From: Podarcis melisellensis
Taxonomy: Eukaryota
NCBI GenBank assembly: GCA_964234715.1
Contig: OZ174280.1
Length of the DNA stretch: 64,000 nt
Strand: one strand, 5' to 3'
A model generated the notes under the pieces. The model ran no database searches and had not been told where the DNA came from. It saw only the letters and a list, made by a program, of their open reading frames with translations. Both the position numbers and the translations under genes were made by a program. Shown here in pieces: positions 1 through 11,156 of the stretch (positions are counted from its first letter, which is position 1; each line of letters starts with the position of its first letter).

Positions 1-218
1 TAGTTCCAATAATTCACCTTAACAAAACTTCTTGCAAACCTGCAAACGTAGTTTGATCATCACTATTACTTTTCAAATATTCTGTAAATTTACACCAGTC
101 TTCTGTGAATTTCTGGTCCCGCAGATTTTTGAATCCTTCCTGTTAGTTTGTCTAATTCTGCATAGTCCATTAATTTCATCCTCCATTCTTCTTTCATTGG
201 TAATTCTTCTTGCTTCCA
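1..218 (-). mobile_element. L1-clade LINE, ORF2 C-terminal fragment (runs off the window edge)
   Basis: Minus strand reads WKQEELPMKEEWRMKLMDYAELDKLTGRI... with frameshifts. It aligns by eye with the L1 copy at ~61870-62070. Confidence 0.75.
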
Positions 219-250
219 AAACAAACAAACAAACAAACAAACAAAAACAA
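219..250 (+). repeat. (AAAC)n microsatellite
   Basis: Read directly from the sequence. Confidence 0.9.
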
Positions 251-1323
251 AAAATCCAGCTCTTCAGTTCTATGATTCTGTAAACTTAAAAAGAAGTCTT
301 CAATCTAGGACCAATTCACTCTGTTATCTTTTGGACAGATTTCGAATCCAAGCTGATGACTTGACATCACTTTGGTCAACCAGGAGGAACAAATCTACTC
401 TGCCCTCAAAGTTAACTAGCCAGGCTCACATTGTTACCACACAGGTGGGCAAGCAAATACTAAATGTTAGACAACTCACATGAGGAGGAGGGACAGAGAC
501 ATTTTTCCTGGCTGAAGACACATGTTGTTGTGGCTAGCATCATCAGCTACCATGCACAATCTACTGCAGCCAACACAACAACCCATTATAGAGCTTGAAG
601 GAACATTGTAAAAGAATTGTGTGGATTTGCCCTTATCTTGACCAGCTGTCTGTAGAGGTTTAATTCATGCATTTCAGCACAAGATGGATTACTGTAATAT
701 GCTTCCAGCTGATCCCTTGGAGGTGAATGTTGGTAAAGTATGAGCAAAATGTTGCTGTCAATGAGTTGACGTTTGCAAAATGCAATGGAGGTGATTGTGT
801 CAGTTTCACACTGACTGCCGGTTGCTGGCTGAAAAGAATATGAAATTAGGGTTGTCACAATCAGGCTAGCAAAAAGAACTGGGAGATAATGATACAAATC
901 CCGAGCAGCCCATGTCTCCCAACCCTTGTTGTATGTCTTTCTGTTTGTTATATAGTCAAACTTTTGTTGTATAGTCAAACTATTGACTCAACAAACACTG
1001 TTTGTACTGGGGAAGCGAAGATCAGCATGTTTCCAGTATATTCTTCTTTCACATCTATTTATTCCCAAGTCTCTTCCGTACTGTTGTCATAATCGGTGGG
1101 AATCCCCTCCACAATGAATAATGGCCTGAGTAAGGGGTGTGTGTCAGTAGTTTCAGCCACACAGAAAGACCAAGCCAAGGCAGATCAGCACCCTGGAGAG
1201 GTACCTAGGTGTGGGTTTTAGAACCATAGTGAGCCTGCAACAGAGGTGGAACATGCAAGATGTCTCGGCAGTATCTTTGAGACTCGTTTATCTTTATAGC
1301 CTGGGCTAGTTATTCACCTGGAT

Positions 1324-1459
1324 CAGGCATCCCCAAACTCGGCCCTCCAGCTGTTTTGGGACTACAACTCCCATCATCCCTGACCACTGGTCCTATTTGC
1401 TAGGGATGATGGGAGTTGTAGTCCCAAAACAGCTGGAGGGCCGAGTTTGGGGATGCCTG
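1324..1459. mobile_element. Palindromic hAT-type MITE (136 bp)
   Basis: Perfect 58-bp inverted arms (1324-1381 / 1402-1459) around a 20-bp loop. CAGG...CCTG termini. 8-bp TSD-like flanks acctggat/acctagac. Confidence 0.9.
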
Positions 1460-1763
1460 ACCTAGACTAAAGGTCCCATGCTCTGAATGATGCATCTGGT
1501 CAGTTAAAGGGCCAGTGCTTCCCTCTGCAGCTGTTGGCTTCTTCTAGGCGCTTGGGTTTCAAGCTGTGGGGACGTCTCCTTGGGGCTCCTGGGCAGTTTA
1601 ACTGCCCAGCAATTCAACATTAACAATAGCACACCTCTCTATTTAAAAAAGTAATTTCTCAACCATCTGTCATATTTAAGAGTCTCAGCAAGAGGTGGAC
1701 TCAAGGATGGGGTTGAATGTACACAGCTGAAGAAGCTGAATTATGCAGATAAGAGCAGGTTTG

Positions 1764-1804
1764 TTTTGACTATGGCAGACCAACACGGCTACCTATCTGT
1801 AACT
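1764..1804 (+). mobile_element. 41-bp 3'-terminal fragment of a Penelope-like element
   Basis: Reverse complement of the terminus at 4780-4818. Flanked by a perfect 12-bp TSD agagcaggtttg (1752-1763, 1805-1816). Confidence 0.8.
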
Positions 1805-2614
1805 AGAGCAGGTTTGATTACCCATAGATTTTGACACCAGGACATCACCCTCCAGGCGGTAGGATCACAGCAATTTATGAGGCACAGGTACAGTCCCTGA
1901 TAAATAGGGACAATTTGGGCATAGGTAAAACAGTAGTTTTATAGATTTGTTGAATGTGTATCTATTCAAGTGAATTGAATTATTATGAAATGGGGAGGAA
2001 AGAAGAAGCTATGAGTGTATGTTTATGTGCTTTCCTTTCATTCTATTCTAGTCTTTCTTTTAAAAGAACACCTATTTACTTGCAAGTCATATTTTATTTA
2101 CCTGTATTCAGAAGCGTCAAGGGAGGGGGAGCAGAAGAGAAAGGTATAAAAGCTTCAAAAGCTATGTCAAAGAAAGATGAATGCCCAATTTGTCTGAGAA
2201 ATGCAATACCCTTTGATGTAAGATAAAAGACAGGGATTTTTCATTTACTTTGTTAATTATAAATACAATAGGCAGATGAGACGGAAGTTTTTAATTATTT
2301 TGTTTCTTCAAGAAGCATGTGGTGCACGTCTTTTAAAAATGCATTCTCTGAAGTGCATTGAAATCCTTTTGGTAAGCAGGCTCTAATATAGTCATCAGAA
2401 AAAGACGGAGTTTTTGTTTGGAGTGCCCTGTTTTAACAAAGAGGGATGGCAAACCATCTAGACCTATTTTACCACCACACCAGAATGAAGACTTGAGTCA
2501 AACAATATTATGAGAAAACAGGTTATATTTATTAAAATATAATAAATTGGAGGATCTGCAAATCAACTTAATTAAACCAAATTATATACATCCAGGCAGG
2601 TGAATAGTAATAAA

Positions 2615-3331
2615 TGGCTGCATCAACAAAAGTAGAATGTCCCAATCAAGGGAAGTCATAACAATCACTCTGGTTGTTTTGCCTTGGTCTGACCACATCT
2701 TGAATACTGTGTCCAGTTCTGGGTGCCACAATTTAAGAAGGATATTGACAAGTTGGAATGTGTGCAGAGAAGGGTGACCAAGATGATTGAGGGTGTGGAA
2801 ACCAAGTTGTAGGAGGAATGGTTGAAGGAGATAGCTATGTTTAACCTGGAAAAGAGGAGACCGAGAGAAGATATGGTATCTAAAGGACTGTCTCATGAAA
2901 AATGGAGCAATCTTGTTTTCTCCTGCTCTAGAACCAATGGCTTCAAGTTACAAGAACAAAGATTCTGACTAAACATCAGGATAGTTGTTGAGCTTTTACA
3001 AATACGCCAAAAATTGTGATTTTCCAATGGACTTCCAGGACAAAGCGCCACATTTCAGAAATTCCCCCCAGATGTCAATTCCGCCTTTGAAATCCTGGTA
3101 GTGTCTGGGAAAATCTGGACGTATGCCAGCCCTAGCTTTCTGACATTAAGAGTTGTTTGACAATGGAACTGACTCCCTCGGGAGGTGGTGGATTCTTCTT
3201 CCTTGGAGGTTTTTAAGCAGAGGTTGGATGGCCATCTGTCATTGATGGTTTAGTTGTAATTCCTTTATTGCAGTAGGTTGACTTGATGATTCTTGGGGTC
3301 TTTTCGAACTCTACAGTTCTATGATTTCATG
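2615..3331 (+). mobile_element. CR1 LINE 3' fragment (end of RT plus 3'UTR), interrupted by a DNA-transposon fragment
   Basis: Encodes [29 protein letters not shown] and NLEKRR motifs. Ends in the CR1-type ttctatgatt repeat. Confidence 0.9.
2981..3134. mobile_element. Non-autonomous hAT-like element nested in CR1
   Basis: CR1 homology stops at ...aacatcagga and resumes at gctttctgac. The insert ends in tgccagcccta (TAGGG-type terminus). Confidence 0.6.
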
Positions 3332-4094
3332 ACTTATTCCCTTGCTTGTTCTCTGCCTTTACCGTTCTCTGATGTGTTGGCCCTGAGGGCCATTTTTCGT
3401 GGCAGGTCCATCTTTTGATTAGGTATACTTTTTCATCACCTCCAAACTAGGACAATTACTCAAATACAGTGACTTTTCTGGCTCCTCCACACACACCTTC
3501 TTTGGTTCAAATAGTCAAAGCTTCTAACGGAATAATTCTCCCACATTGTTCTTATGGGAAATGGCATCAACAAAGCAGAAATGCACTGAGGTTTCTAGCA
3601 TATATTTCCATAGAGATGTTTGAAGCTTTTAGCACACAGTGGCAACCTCTCTGTAGCCTTTGTGTCTAATATTTCTGCCATGAAGGATCACCTAATTGAG
3701 TATGTTTCTGTTCAAAGAATGGAAGAGAAAAAGGAACATGAACAAATCAAAGACTGGAGTTGCAACTCACCAAGATCAGAGCATCAGACACAAAGATCGA
3801 TGGGAATTTTGAATATTTTTCAGTCTCATTCTGCTTTTCTGATGTTCACAGAAAGCAAGTATTACGTGCTGCATGTAAGTTTAAAATGAAACCCCAGAGA
3901 GAAAAATCCTAGGTATTTTGTTTGTATTTAGAAAACGGAGCAGTGCTGGGGAGGTATTCAATAGATCTGCATAATTTCTCATAAGTATTCAAAGAAAAAA
4001 TATTTATTTTTCTGAAAAGCTACCATGCTTTCCTTTAGCATTCATCACATATTTCAGATATGCCCAAAATGTGTCCAATTAGGAAACTGATACA

Positions 4095-4411
4095 TCCACA
4101 CTTCTTCCCTTGAGATGCAGAAGAAAACCAATTCAATTTTGCTTGCATTTTGATAAGAATCTTGTTTGCAATTTGTGAACCGAAATGGGAACTCAAACAC
4201 AACCACCCTTCAAAATTCATGCTCTCCAAATTTTGTGGCACAGCTCTCCAACTAACCAATGCGTACAAAAATGGACATGTTAGGAGAAACTGCTTTAAAA
4301 ATATACATATTAGTCTAAACTGCATACAATAAAAAACATACATTTGGATAATTTTGCGGCCAAATGCTGACGAATATCCAGAATTGAAATTGGCAGATTT
4401 GCCCATCTGTA
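4095..4411. mobile_element. Old AT-rich non-autonomous DNA-element family (related copies at ~8228-8600, ~38875-39430, ~40000-40670)
   Basis: Copies share motifs such as ttggttggagaactg, gcaatttccc and ttaaattcag. Boundaries are approximate. Confidence 0.5.
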
Positions 4412-4779
4412 TTTCTCCCACCCACTTATATAATTGCTGGCTCCAGAAGCAGGAACAGCAGCAGAAGGTATGTTGCTTCTGCTCTCGTGACATGACTATT
4501 TTCTCCTGGGAGGGCTATTTCCAGCAATGAAAAATAGGCAGTCCAAAAAGAGACGAGTGCAAGTAAGTTTGAGCCGAGGGCCAACTTGTACAATGCATAG
4601 GCTCCATATCTATCTGTGCCTTTCTGTATAAGAGGGAGGTGGGGGGGGGGTTCCTGGAAGAGAAATTAAAGCAACACACAAATTGCCAGTGCAGGATTCC
4701 TGATCCAAGCTGGGACCATTACAAGGGTGGCAGCAGATGGTTATTTCTTTTTCTGTATTTCGTAATATTTATATACCAC

Positions 4780-5030
4780 TTACAGATAGGTAGCCGTGTT
4801 GGTCTGCCATAGTCAAAACAAAACAAAATTCCTTCCAGTAGCACCTTAAAGACCAACTAAGTTAATTCTTGGTATGAGCTTTCGTGTGCATGCACGAAAG
4901 AGATCTGCACACAGAGATCTGTGTTGATCTCTGTTGATCAGTATCTGAAGAAGTGTGCATGCACACGAAAGCTCATACCAAGAACTAACTTAGTTGGTCT
5001 TTAAGGTGCTACTGGAAGGAATTTTTTATA
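4780..5030. mobile_element. Penelope-like retroelement remnant: two pseudo-LTR ends in inverted orientation
   Basis: About 68-bp near-perfect inverted arms (4826-4895 vs 4955-5025) containing a hammerhead motif. Flanked by a 10-bp TSD tatataccac (4770-4779, 5031-5040). Confidence 0.85.
4941..4978 (+). ncRNA. Minimal type I hammerhead ribozyme motif (PLE-associated)
   Basis: GUAU (stem I) - CUGAAGA - A - GUGUGC/AU/GCACAC (stem II) - GAAA - GC - UC^ - AUAC (stem I'). All core nucleotides are present. Palindromic AGCU replaces stem III. Confidence 0.8.
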
Positions 5031-7207
5031 TATATACCACCTGATTGTGAAAAAGAAACTGCAAATAAGTTTGCCAAAAGATTTTTTTTTTTTTTGCACC
5101 AGGAACCCTGGAAATATGAATTGCGGGGCATTTCCTTTCAAAAATGAAACCTGTTCACTTTTAACTCATTAAAGCCAATTGCGCATTTTCAAATCCATGT
5201 TTTCCACCTTGGAAAGAGGTGGCTGAGATTCTTCTGCTTGCTGTGTGAGAAGGTGCACCTGACTCCCCATGCTGAGCACGTTTCTCTCTTCCACACCTTT
5301 AAGTTTCTCTTGAAGTTGCATCAGGATATGCTCTGTCACTTTATTAAAACTCTGGTTATCATTTGCTTCTTGCTAAAAAAAATGTGGTTAAATCCCACTT
5401 CCCCCATGCTAGGGTCTCAGTCTAGGCTGGCTTCCTATCTGGGGTTGGCACACATTGTCAATTTAGGTTTTGAAACAACAACCCTGCACTTAAGAGTACG
5501 GATCGCCTAGTATGACCCTCAGAAATGACACAGGCTTCAAGGGATAAGCTGGGTCAGGATCTGTTAACCCTGTTAGGAACGGAGGACAGGAAATTTCATT
5601 AAGCTTCCTGAAGTCTGCTTCACTCTCACTGAAACCTTTTCTAGTGAGATGGAGAGGGCTTCAAAAATGCTTAGCAAAATGTTTCCCAGACAGCCCCATC
5701 TTTTTCACATGCGCAACCAAGCAAACACACATCTGTTGCACCCCAGACAGAGGAATGGGCACAATGAACAAATTGAAACAGAATTCTTAAAAAAAAGAAA
5801 AAATCTAGCAAAATAGATTCTTTCATTTTTCCCCTCTTGTTGTTTCTTAAGAAAAGGTACTGGGGGCGGGGAGAGGTTATTTTCATCACTGCAATACAAG
5901 ATCCTGATTAGAATTCATAGTGAGTTTTAGTTCTTATCTTTCTGAAATATATGTAAGCATAAATGCCTAGAGTCCCAGTCTCTTTCTTCCCTCCCCAGTT
6001 TCTTATGTATTTCTGCCTTGTGAGATATTGGGGGTAGGGTAGAGGGGCATGCAGTCTTCTGAGCCTGAATGAGAACAGCACAGGGAGAGCCATTTGCACA
6101 GCAGTGACTGGCTCCACCATTGTGTCTATCCCTGTGTCATCAGCAGGATTTTTTTGTTTCATATAACAATGGTAGCTGGCAGCAGCGATTGCTGCAAAGC
6201 AAGTTAGCACCATGTTAACAAAGAGAAGGAGTGGGCGGGCTGTGTTTAGAAAGCACAGGCCAGACACACAGAGAAAAGAACCTCGTGCTTCAGCATTGCT
6301 CGGGTGCAGAAGGTCAGAATCCTTTCAGGCAATGTCAAGGCTATATTTGGGAAGCATTTAATCATTTTAAAGTTTTGATTAGGCTCACTGAACACCAAAT
6401 CTGCCTCACTGCTGAATTGCAAGCTTGACTAACACCCAAGTCAACATAGCAATAAATTAGCGGAGTCAATACAAAAGGAAATGTGTGTGTCATTATTTGA
6501 AGGCTTGAGAGAGGACAAAGCTTGGATGCTGAGCGTACCGGAATGTGTTACAAATGAGAGGAGAATGAACAACGCAACTCTTGGTTGTGTGATGGATCTG
6601 TGTTGTGGAATTGCACAAAGTTCAGCCCAAATGATTGGAAAATTAGTAAGATGAGCTGACTGGGTAGCAAACAAAAAACATGCAGTGAATTTGATTATTG
6701 CTGCTGGAAGAGAAAGAGAGCACCCCCAGTAAACTGTGTTGCATACCATGGCAATTTCCCAAGGAGGATCCTGATATCCACTTTATTTTAGAAGGCTCCT
6801 TCTAACAATGGCATTCATTTAACCAGAGCTTTTACAGTGCTGTCCAACTTCAGATAGTAAATGAAATTGACCAGAAAGTGCACTTCATTGCATTTTCCTT
6901 TAAATGCATGAATCATTTCATTCCATTATCTCTGTACAAGTCAGGACTCAAGCCTACTGCAGCTCTTAACTTGAAGAAGGAGGAGGCAGTGATTTGGGCT
7001 GTATGACACTCCATAGCCCTGGTTGAAGGATGGATCAGGGTCAACAGCCAAGGGAGTTTCCTGATCCCATAAATGCTTATGGATTTGTTCAGTTGTTTGA
7101 AAAACAAAGGGATCTGCTCTTGAATTCAGACAAGGCGGCTTGTGGCACCTAACAAATGTAATCATGAGACTGATGACATTCCATTTATATGACCAGATCT
7201 GTTTCAC

Positions 7208-7432
7208 TCCAGAGGTGTGGCCATGTTAGTCTGTGTTGTGGCAAACAGAACAAAGGTTCTTGTGGTGCCTGGGAGATTAACAAATTTATTCATGAGACTG
7301 ATGGATTTCTATTTCATACAGCTAAATCTTCTGAGGATTACACACCATGCATCTGATGAAGTGGACACTAACTGATGAAAGCTTCTGCCTTCATAAATTA
7401 GTTAGCGCTTAAGGTGCCACAAGATTCTTTGT
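7208..7432. mobile_element. Older Penelope-like inverted pseudo-LTR remnant with a degenerate hammerhead (7349-7388)
   Basis: Inverted arms 7249-7289 vs 7393-7432. Motif gcat-CTGATGA-a-gtggac...-GAAA-gctt-ctgc. Confidence 0.7.
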
Positions 7433-7957
7433 TAACTTTCATGAAATAATTCCAATGAAGTTTTCTCCTTTTCAGCCTTGGAAAGCAAAAGAAACTGTTG
7501 TTCCCTCTGTTCTCTCCTGGGTCTTTCCTCTCTGCTGCTGGAACGGGCTCCTAGGTGTTCCTCGATGTCAGCTCAATTTGCCATCCTCAGATTACATCCT
7601 TGGATCACTTCCAGTAAAACCCTTTCAACCTGAGAAGCTACTTAGAAAACTGTTAAGGAGAGAAATTCTTCCCGAGAAGCAGTTGCTCCTTAATTTTTCA
7701 TAGACATTGTGATCTCAGCCGATATGGATAAGTAATTAATATCAACTTTGCTCGAATGTATATTTCTCTAAAGCTCAGGTGACTTACTGCAATCTCAAAT
7801 GCATGGGATCGACTTGGGGGGGGGGGACCTTGAGGTCAATGATAGAAAAATTATTGTGTTGATTCACAGAGCCCTAAACCTCCTGGGGTCAGTGAAGGTA
7901 CTTCACCTTCGGCTGAAGTGACCTGAAATGAAATAAGCCAGTATGCCATCGTGGTTA

Positions 7958-8136
7958 GAGTCTTGGCCCAAGACCTAGGGTATCAGAGTTCAAACCTCCA
8001 CTCAGTCCACTCACAGCCTCTTAGCTTAATCTACCTCATAGGGTTGCTGTGGTGATAAAATGAGGAGGAGTATATGCACCACCTTGAGAGCCTTGGAGGA
8101 AAGGTGGGATATAAATATAAAAATAACTAAATAAAT
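7958..8136 (+). mobile_element. MIR-like/Squam3-type tRNA-headed SINE, degenerate
   Basis: A box (gtggttagag), B box (gagttcaaacc), acctcatagggttgctgtg core, gggatataaat and an A-rich tail. Confidence 0.7.
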
Positions 8137-8631
8137 GACACTGAGGTAGGCTCAGGGTCAACCTTTCTGAAAGAGCATTCCAAAACCTGGGAACAGACGC
8201 CAAGAAGACCATTTCTGCAGTAGCTACTAGAGATAGATGAAAGTCAGTTTCAGTTTATCTCAGTTTCTCATTTTTCCATTCTTAAGTTCAGCACACCCAC
8301 ACACAAGTACACAAGTTCAGTTCTCTACATTTCTGCATCAGTCTGAGCTTATTTTTTTAAAAGAAAACTCTTGTGAAAATTTGTCAGCATCTCTCTTCAT
8401 AGTCACTCTTGTTGTTGTAAGCAATTTCCCCTAGAGTAATGCAATTTTTAACACTGTTTTTGCCAAGAAATGCATTTTAGGTGCCCTTTCCCCCTAACAT
8501 GTGGGTTTTTGTATGCAATTTGGTTGGAGAACTGAACGGGATAGATAGGTGCACTTCAGTGCGGCGTATATTGTTTTGGGAACTGAATGTCCTTCAGCTG
8601 ACCTGGTCCCAAGCTGTGAAAAGAAGTTAAG

Positions 8632-8885
8632 CAGTGGAGGCTGGTCCATTAAGGCCCCCCCCCCCAACCTCAGTCTGCGTCCCCAACAAGCCCGCACCTG
8701 CCTGCCTGATTTCTTTCTGGCATCCAGTGAGTTTTCTCTTCCTTGGTTTCATCCTTGCCCTTGTAGAACTCAGCAGGGAAGAGGATGGGAGCAAAACTGG
8801 CTCTGCCTGTCATTGGCTCTTGTTCCACCCATGAGACCACCCTGCCTTCCACCCCACCACTCCCAATGGACACCAGCCACCACTG
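8632..8885. mobile_element. hAT-type MITE (CAGTGG...CCACTG)
   Basis: TIRs cagtggaggctggt / accagccaccactg. 8-bp TSD aagttaag/atgttaag. Confidence 0.8.
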
Positions 8886-9626
8886 ATGTTAAGATAAAGT
8901 TTATAATCTGAGTTGACCCTGGAAATTGGCAGGGAGTCAGTGGATCTGGTGAAGAACGAGTGTAATATAATGCTCAGTATTAGTTGAATTGTTGCTGCTG
9001 TCTGTGGATCATTTACCCCCTTTGTTTATCCTCTGACTTTATTTCTCCATAATAAAATAAAAAAATTAAAAAATATCACTGGATGAATGCTAAATGAGCT
9101 TTGATTACTCTAGGGAAATTTATTTGGGGTGCAGTGGCTTGAAGTAGGATATTACATCTTCTTAACACTGCCACCAACTTTGGCCCCAAGTCAAAACGCT
9201 AAGATGAAATTTGGAAATTCCTGCTTACGTGAAATTTCAAAGGTAAGTGAACATTTCAATAAAATAAGCAACATTACTCTGGATAAAACATAGAAACCCT
9301 GTCTCTGGAGACATTTCACAAGTTAAACTTCTTGCAGTATTTTTTTTAAAGTTAATATTTTATTCACAGGTTCAGCAAAGTGAACCATTAAAAGTGAAAC
9401 AAACTTAGTTGAGCGACAAATTAAAATGTGCCTCAAGCAGCCGACACATTTCTTTTTTAACTCCCATCTGTCGAGTGCTAGCTTCTGAGGTATGTGGCAG
9501 GAAAAAAGAAAAGAAAAGAAGATAAAGAAAAAGAAAGAAAAAAGACAATATTTGTTCACTCACGGCACTTCCCTCTGTTGTGTGGTTGTCAATCCTATTA
9601 ATAGGCAGTGGCTCTGTGAATATATA

Positions 9627-9850
9627 GAGTTGTAGTCAATCAACCTTTCCTCAGAGTAGACCCACTGAAATTAATAAACCCAAGTTAGTCATGTCTGTTA
9701 ATCAAAGCTGGTCCATGCTGAGTAAAATGTAGTTGAATACAACTCATAGGATTTTTACTCAGAACAGATCCTTTGAAATTAATAGGCACAAGTAGCTTGG
9801 ATGTATTCATTTTAAGTATACTCAGTAAAATTTAGTTGAGTCTGACCCAT
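9627..9850. mobile_element. Two adjacent degenerate palindromic MITE-like units
   Basis: gagttgtagtcaa...ttgaatacaactc (9627-9745), followed by a similar unit tttactcag...tgaaattaat...gtaaaatttagttga. Confidence 0.5.
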
Positions 9851-10001
9851 GGCTATGGAACACCTGCTGCCCCACCCTTCCTAGTCTGTTAATTAAATGA
9901 GGATAGAGGGGAAATTTGATTTTGTTCACATAAAATTTTGCACACCCTTTCTCCTAATCTAGGGTATCCTAATGTCCTACTTTACAGAGGACAGCTATCT
10001 A

Positions 10002-10537
10002 CCGTATTTTTTGCCCTATAGGACACACTTTTTCCCTCCAAAAATGAAGGGGAAATGTGTGTGCCCACCGACCCCTCTCGCTCTCCAGGCTTCAGGAGAG
10101 CCACAGTGCCAGCCCCACAAGGTAGGGGGACAGTGGGGAGGCAGAACGCCACCATCCCGCTGTCTCCCGAAGTGGTTTGGAGGCTGATGGCGGGGAGACG
10201 CGTGCTTCTCCCCGCCGCCAGCCCCGCAAGCTCCAGGGACAGTGGAGAGGCGCAGCGCGTCTTCCCGCTGTCCCCAGACCTGGTCTGCAGCTGGGCGGTG
10301 GGGAGAAGAGAGCTTTTGCCCGCTGCCTGCCCCACAAGCTCCGGGGACAGCGGGGAGGCGCAGCGCATCTTCCCACTGTCCCCGGACCTGGTCTGCAGGA
10401 GGGCGGTGGGGAGAAGAGTGCTTCTCCCCGCTGCTGGCTCCACAAGCGCCTGGGGGGGATTTTTCCCCCCATTATTTCCCCCCAAAAAAACCTGGTCATC
10501 CTATGGGCCGGTGCGTCCTATGGGGTGAAAAATACGG
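10002..10537. mobile_element. Tc1/mariner (pogo/Tigger-like) non-autonomous element with internal GC-rich ~108-bp tandem repeats
   Basis: TA|ccgtattttt...aaaaatacgg|TA termini. Three repeat units start at 10126, 10235 and 10343. Appears inserted in an older TAGGG-type MITE (~9960-10580). Confidence 0.85.
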
Positions 10538-10727
10538 TATATGAAGGTGTCCTGTGTTTGAAGAGCTGTCTGATCCAAGCCCAGTTTATAAAGATAAAGA
10601 GACATCAGAAGAAAGAGCAGCAAGAGCCTTGACATCGCCCACCGTTAGCACCCGACAGTAGAATGATCCGGCAGACAGAGGTCATTTGGTCAGACCTTTC
10701 TCCACTATGGTGAGATGCATCATCTTC

Positions 10728-11156
10728 TGTCAGAAGTCCAGGTTCCCAGCATGATTACACAGTAAGTGTGGGTAATTAAAAAGGAGGCTTTATTGCAAAA
10801 ACAAACAGATAGCTCCGGACGGCTCTGACAAAGCCTCAGGCATCATTGCCCAAAATGATCCTTCTGAAGACTTCTTCTGGCGTCTACAGAAGATATTGAA
10901 CTTATGACCTTTATGTCTCTTGTTTTGCTTCCTCACTAGCAGCCCTCCCATTCACCGACTCTTCGGACTTAGTGGATCAGCTCCAACTTCTTCCTGTTCT
11001 GAGAGGCTGTCTCTGAATCTATTCGCTCCTATTTGTGCTTCCGGTGAGCTTTGGCTGTGTTCTATCCTGCGCTAAGCTACTGCCTTATCAGCCTGCCTGT
11101 CAAGGTCAGGAAGAGCTGAAGTCTGCAGCTGTAGGCTCTCCCCTGCCTGACTAACA
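10728..11156 (-). mobile_element. Possible solo LTR
   Basis: TGTCAG...CTAACA termini and AATAAA on the minus strand (tttatt ~10789). No convincing TSD. Confidence 0.4.

Noticed and set aside
586-978. 130-aa minus-strand ORF
   Set aside because: No recognisable domain or splice context. It could be an old TE or pseudogene remnant, but I cannot support a call.
1726-1750. CTGAAGA motif upstream of the 41-bp PLE fragment
   Set aside because: No stem II, GAAA or closing stem I, and it lies outside the TSD. Not a hammerhead.
10126-10450. Regularly spaced palindromic repeats resembling a CRISPR array
   Set aside because: Eukaryotic context, no unique spacers, no cas genes. The units are full tandem repeats.
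9982-10632. Six overlapping 70-167-aa ORFs
   Set aside because: Artefact of the GC-rich 108-bp tandem repeat inside a MITE.
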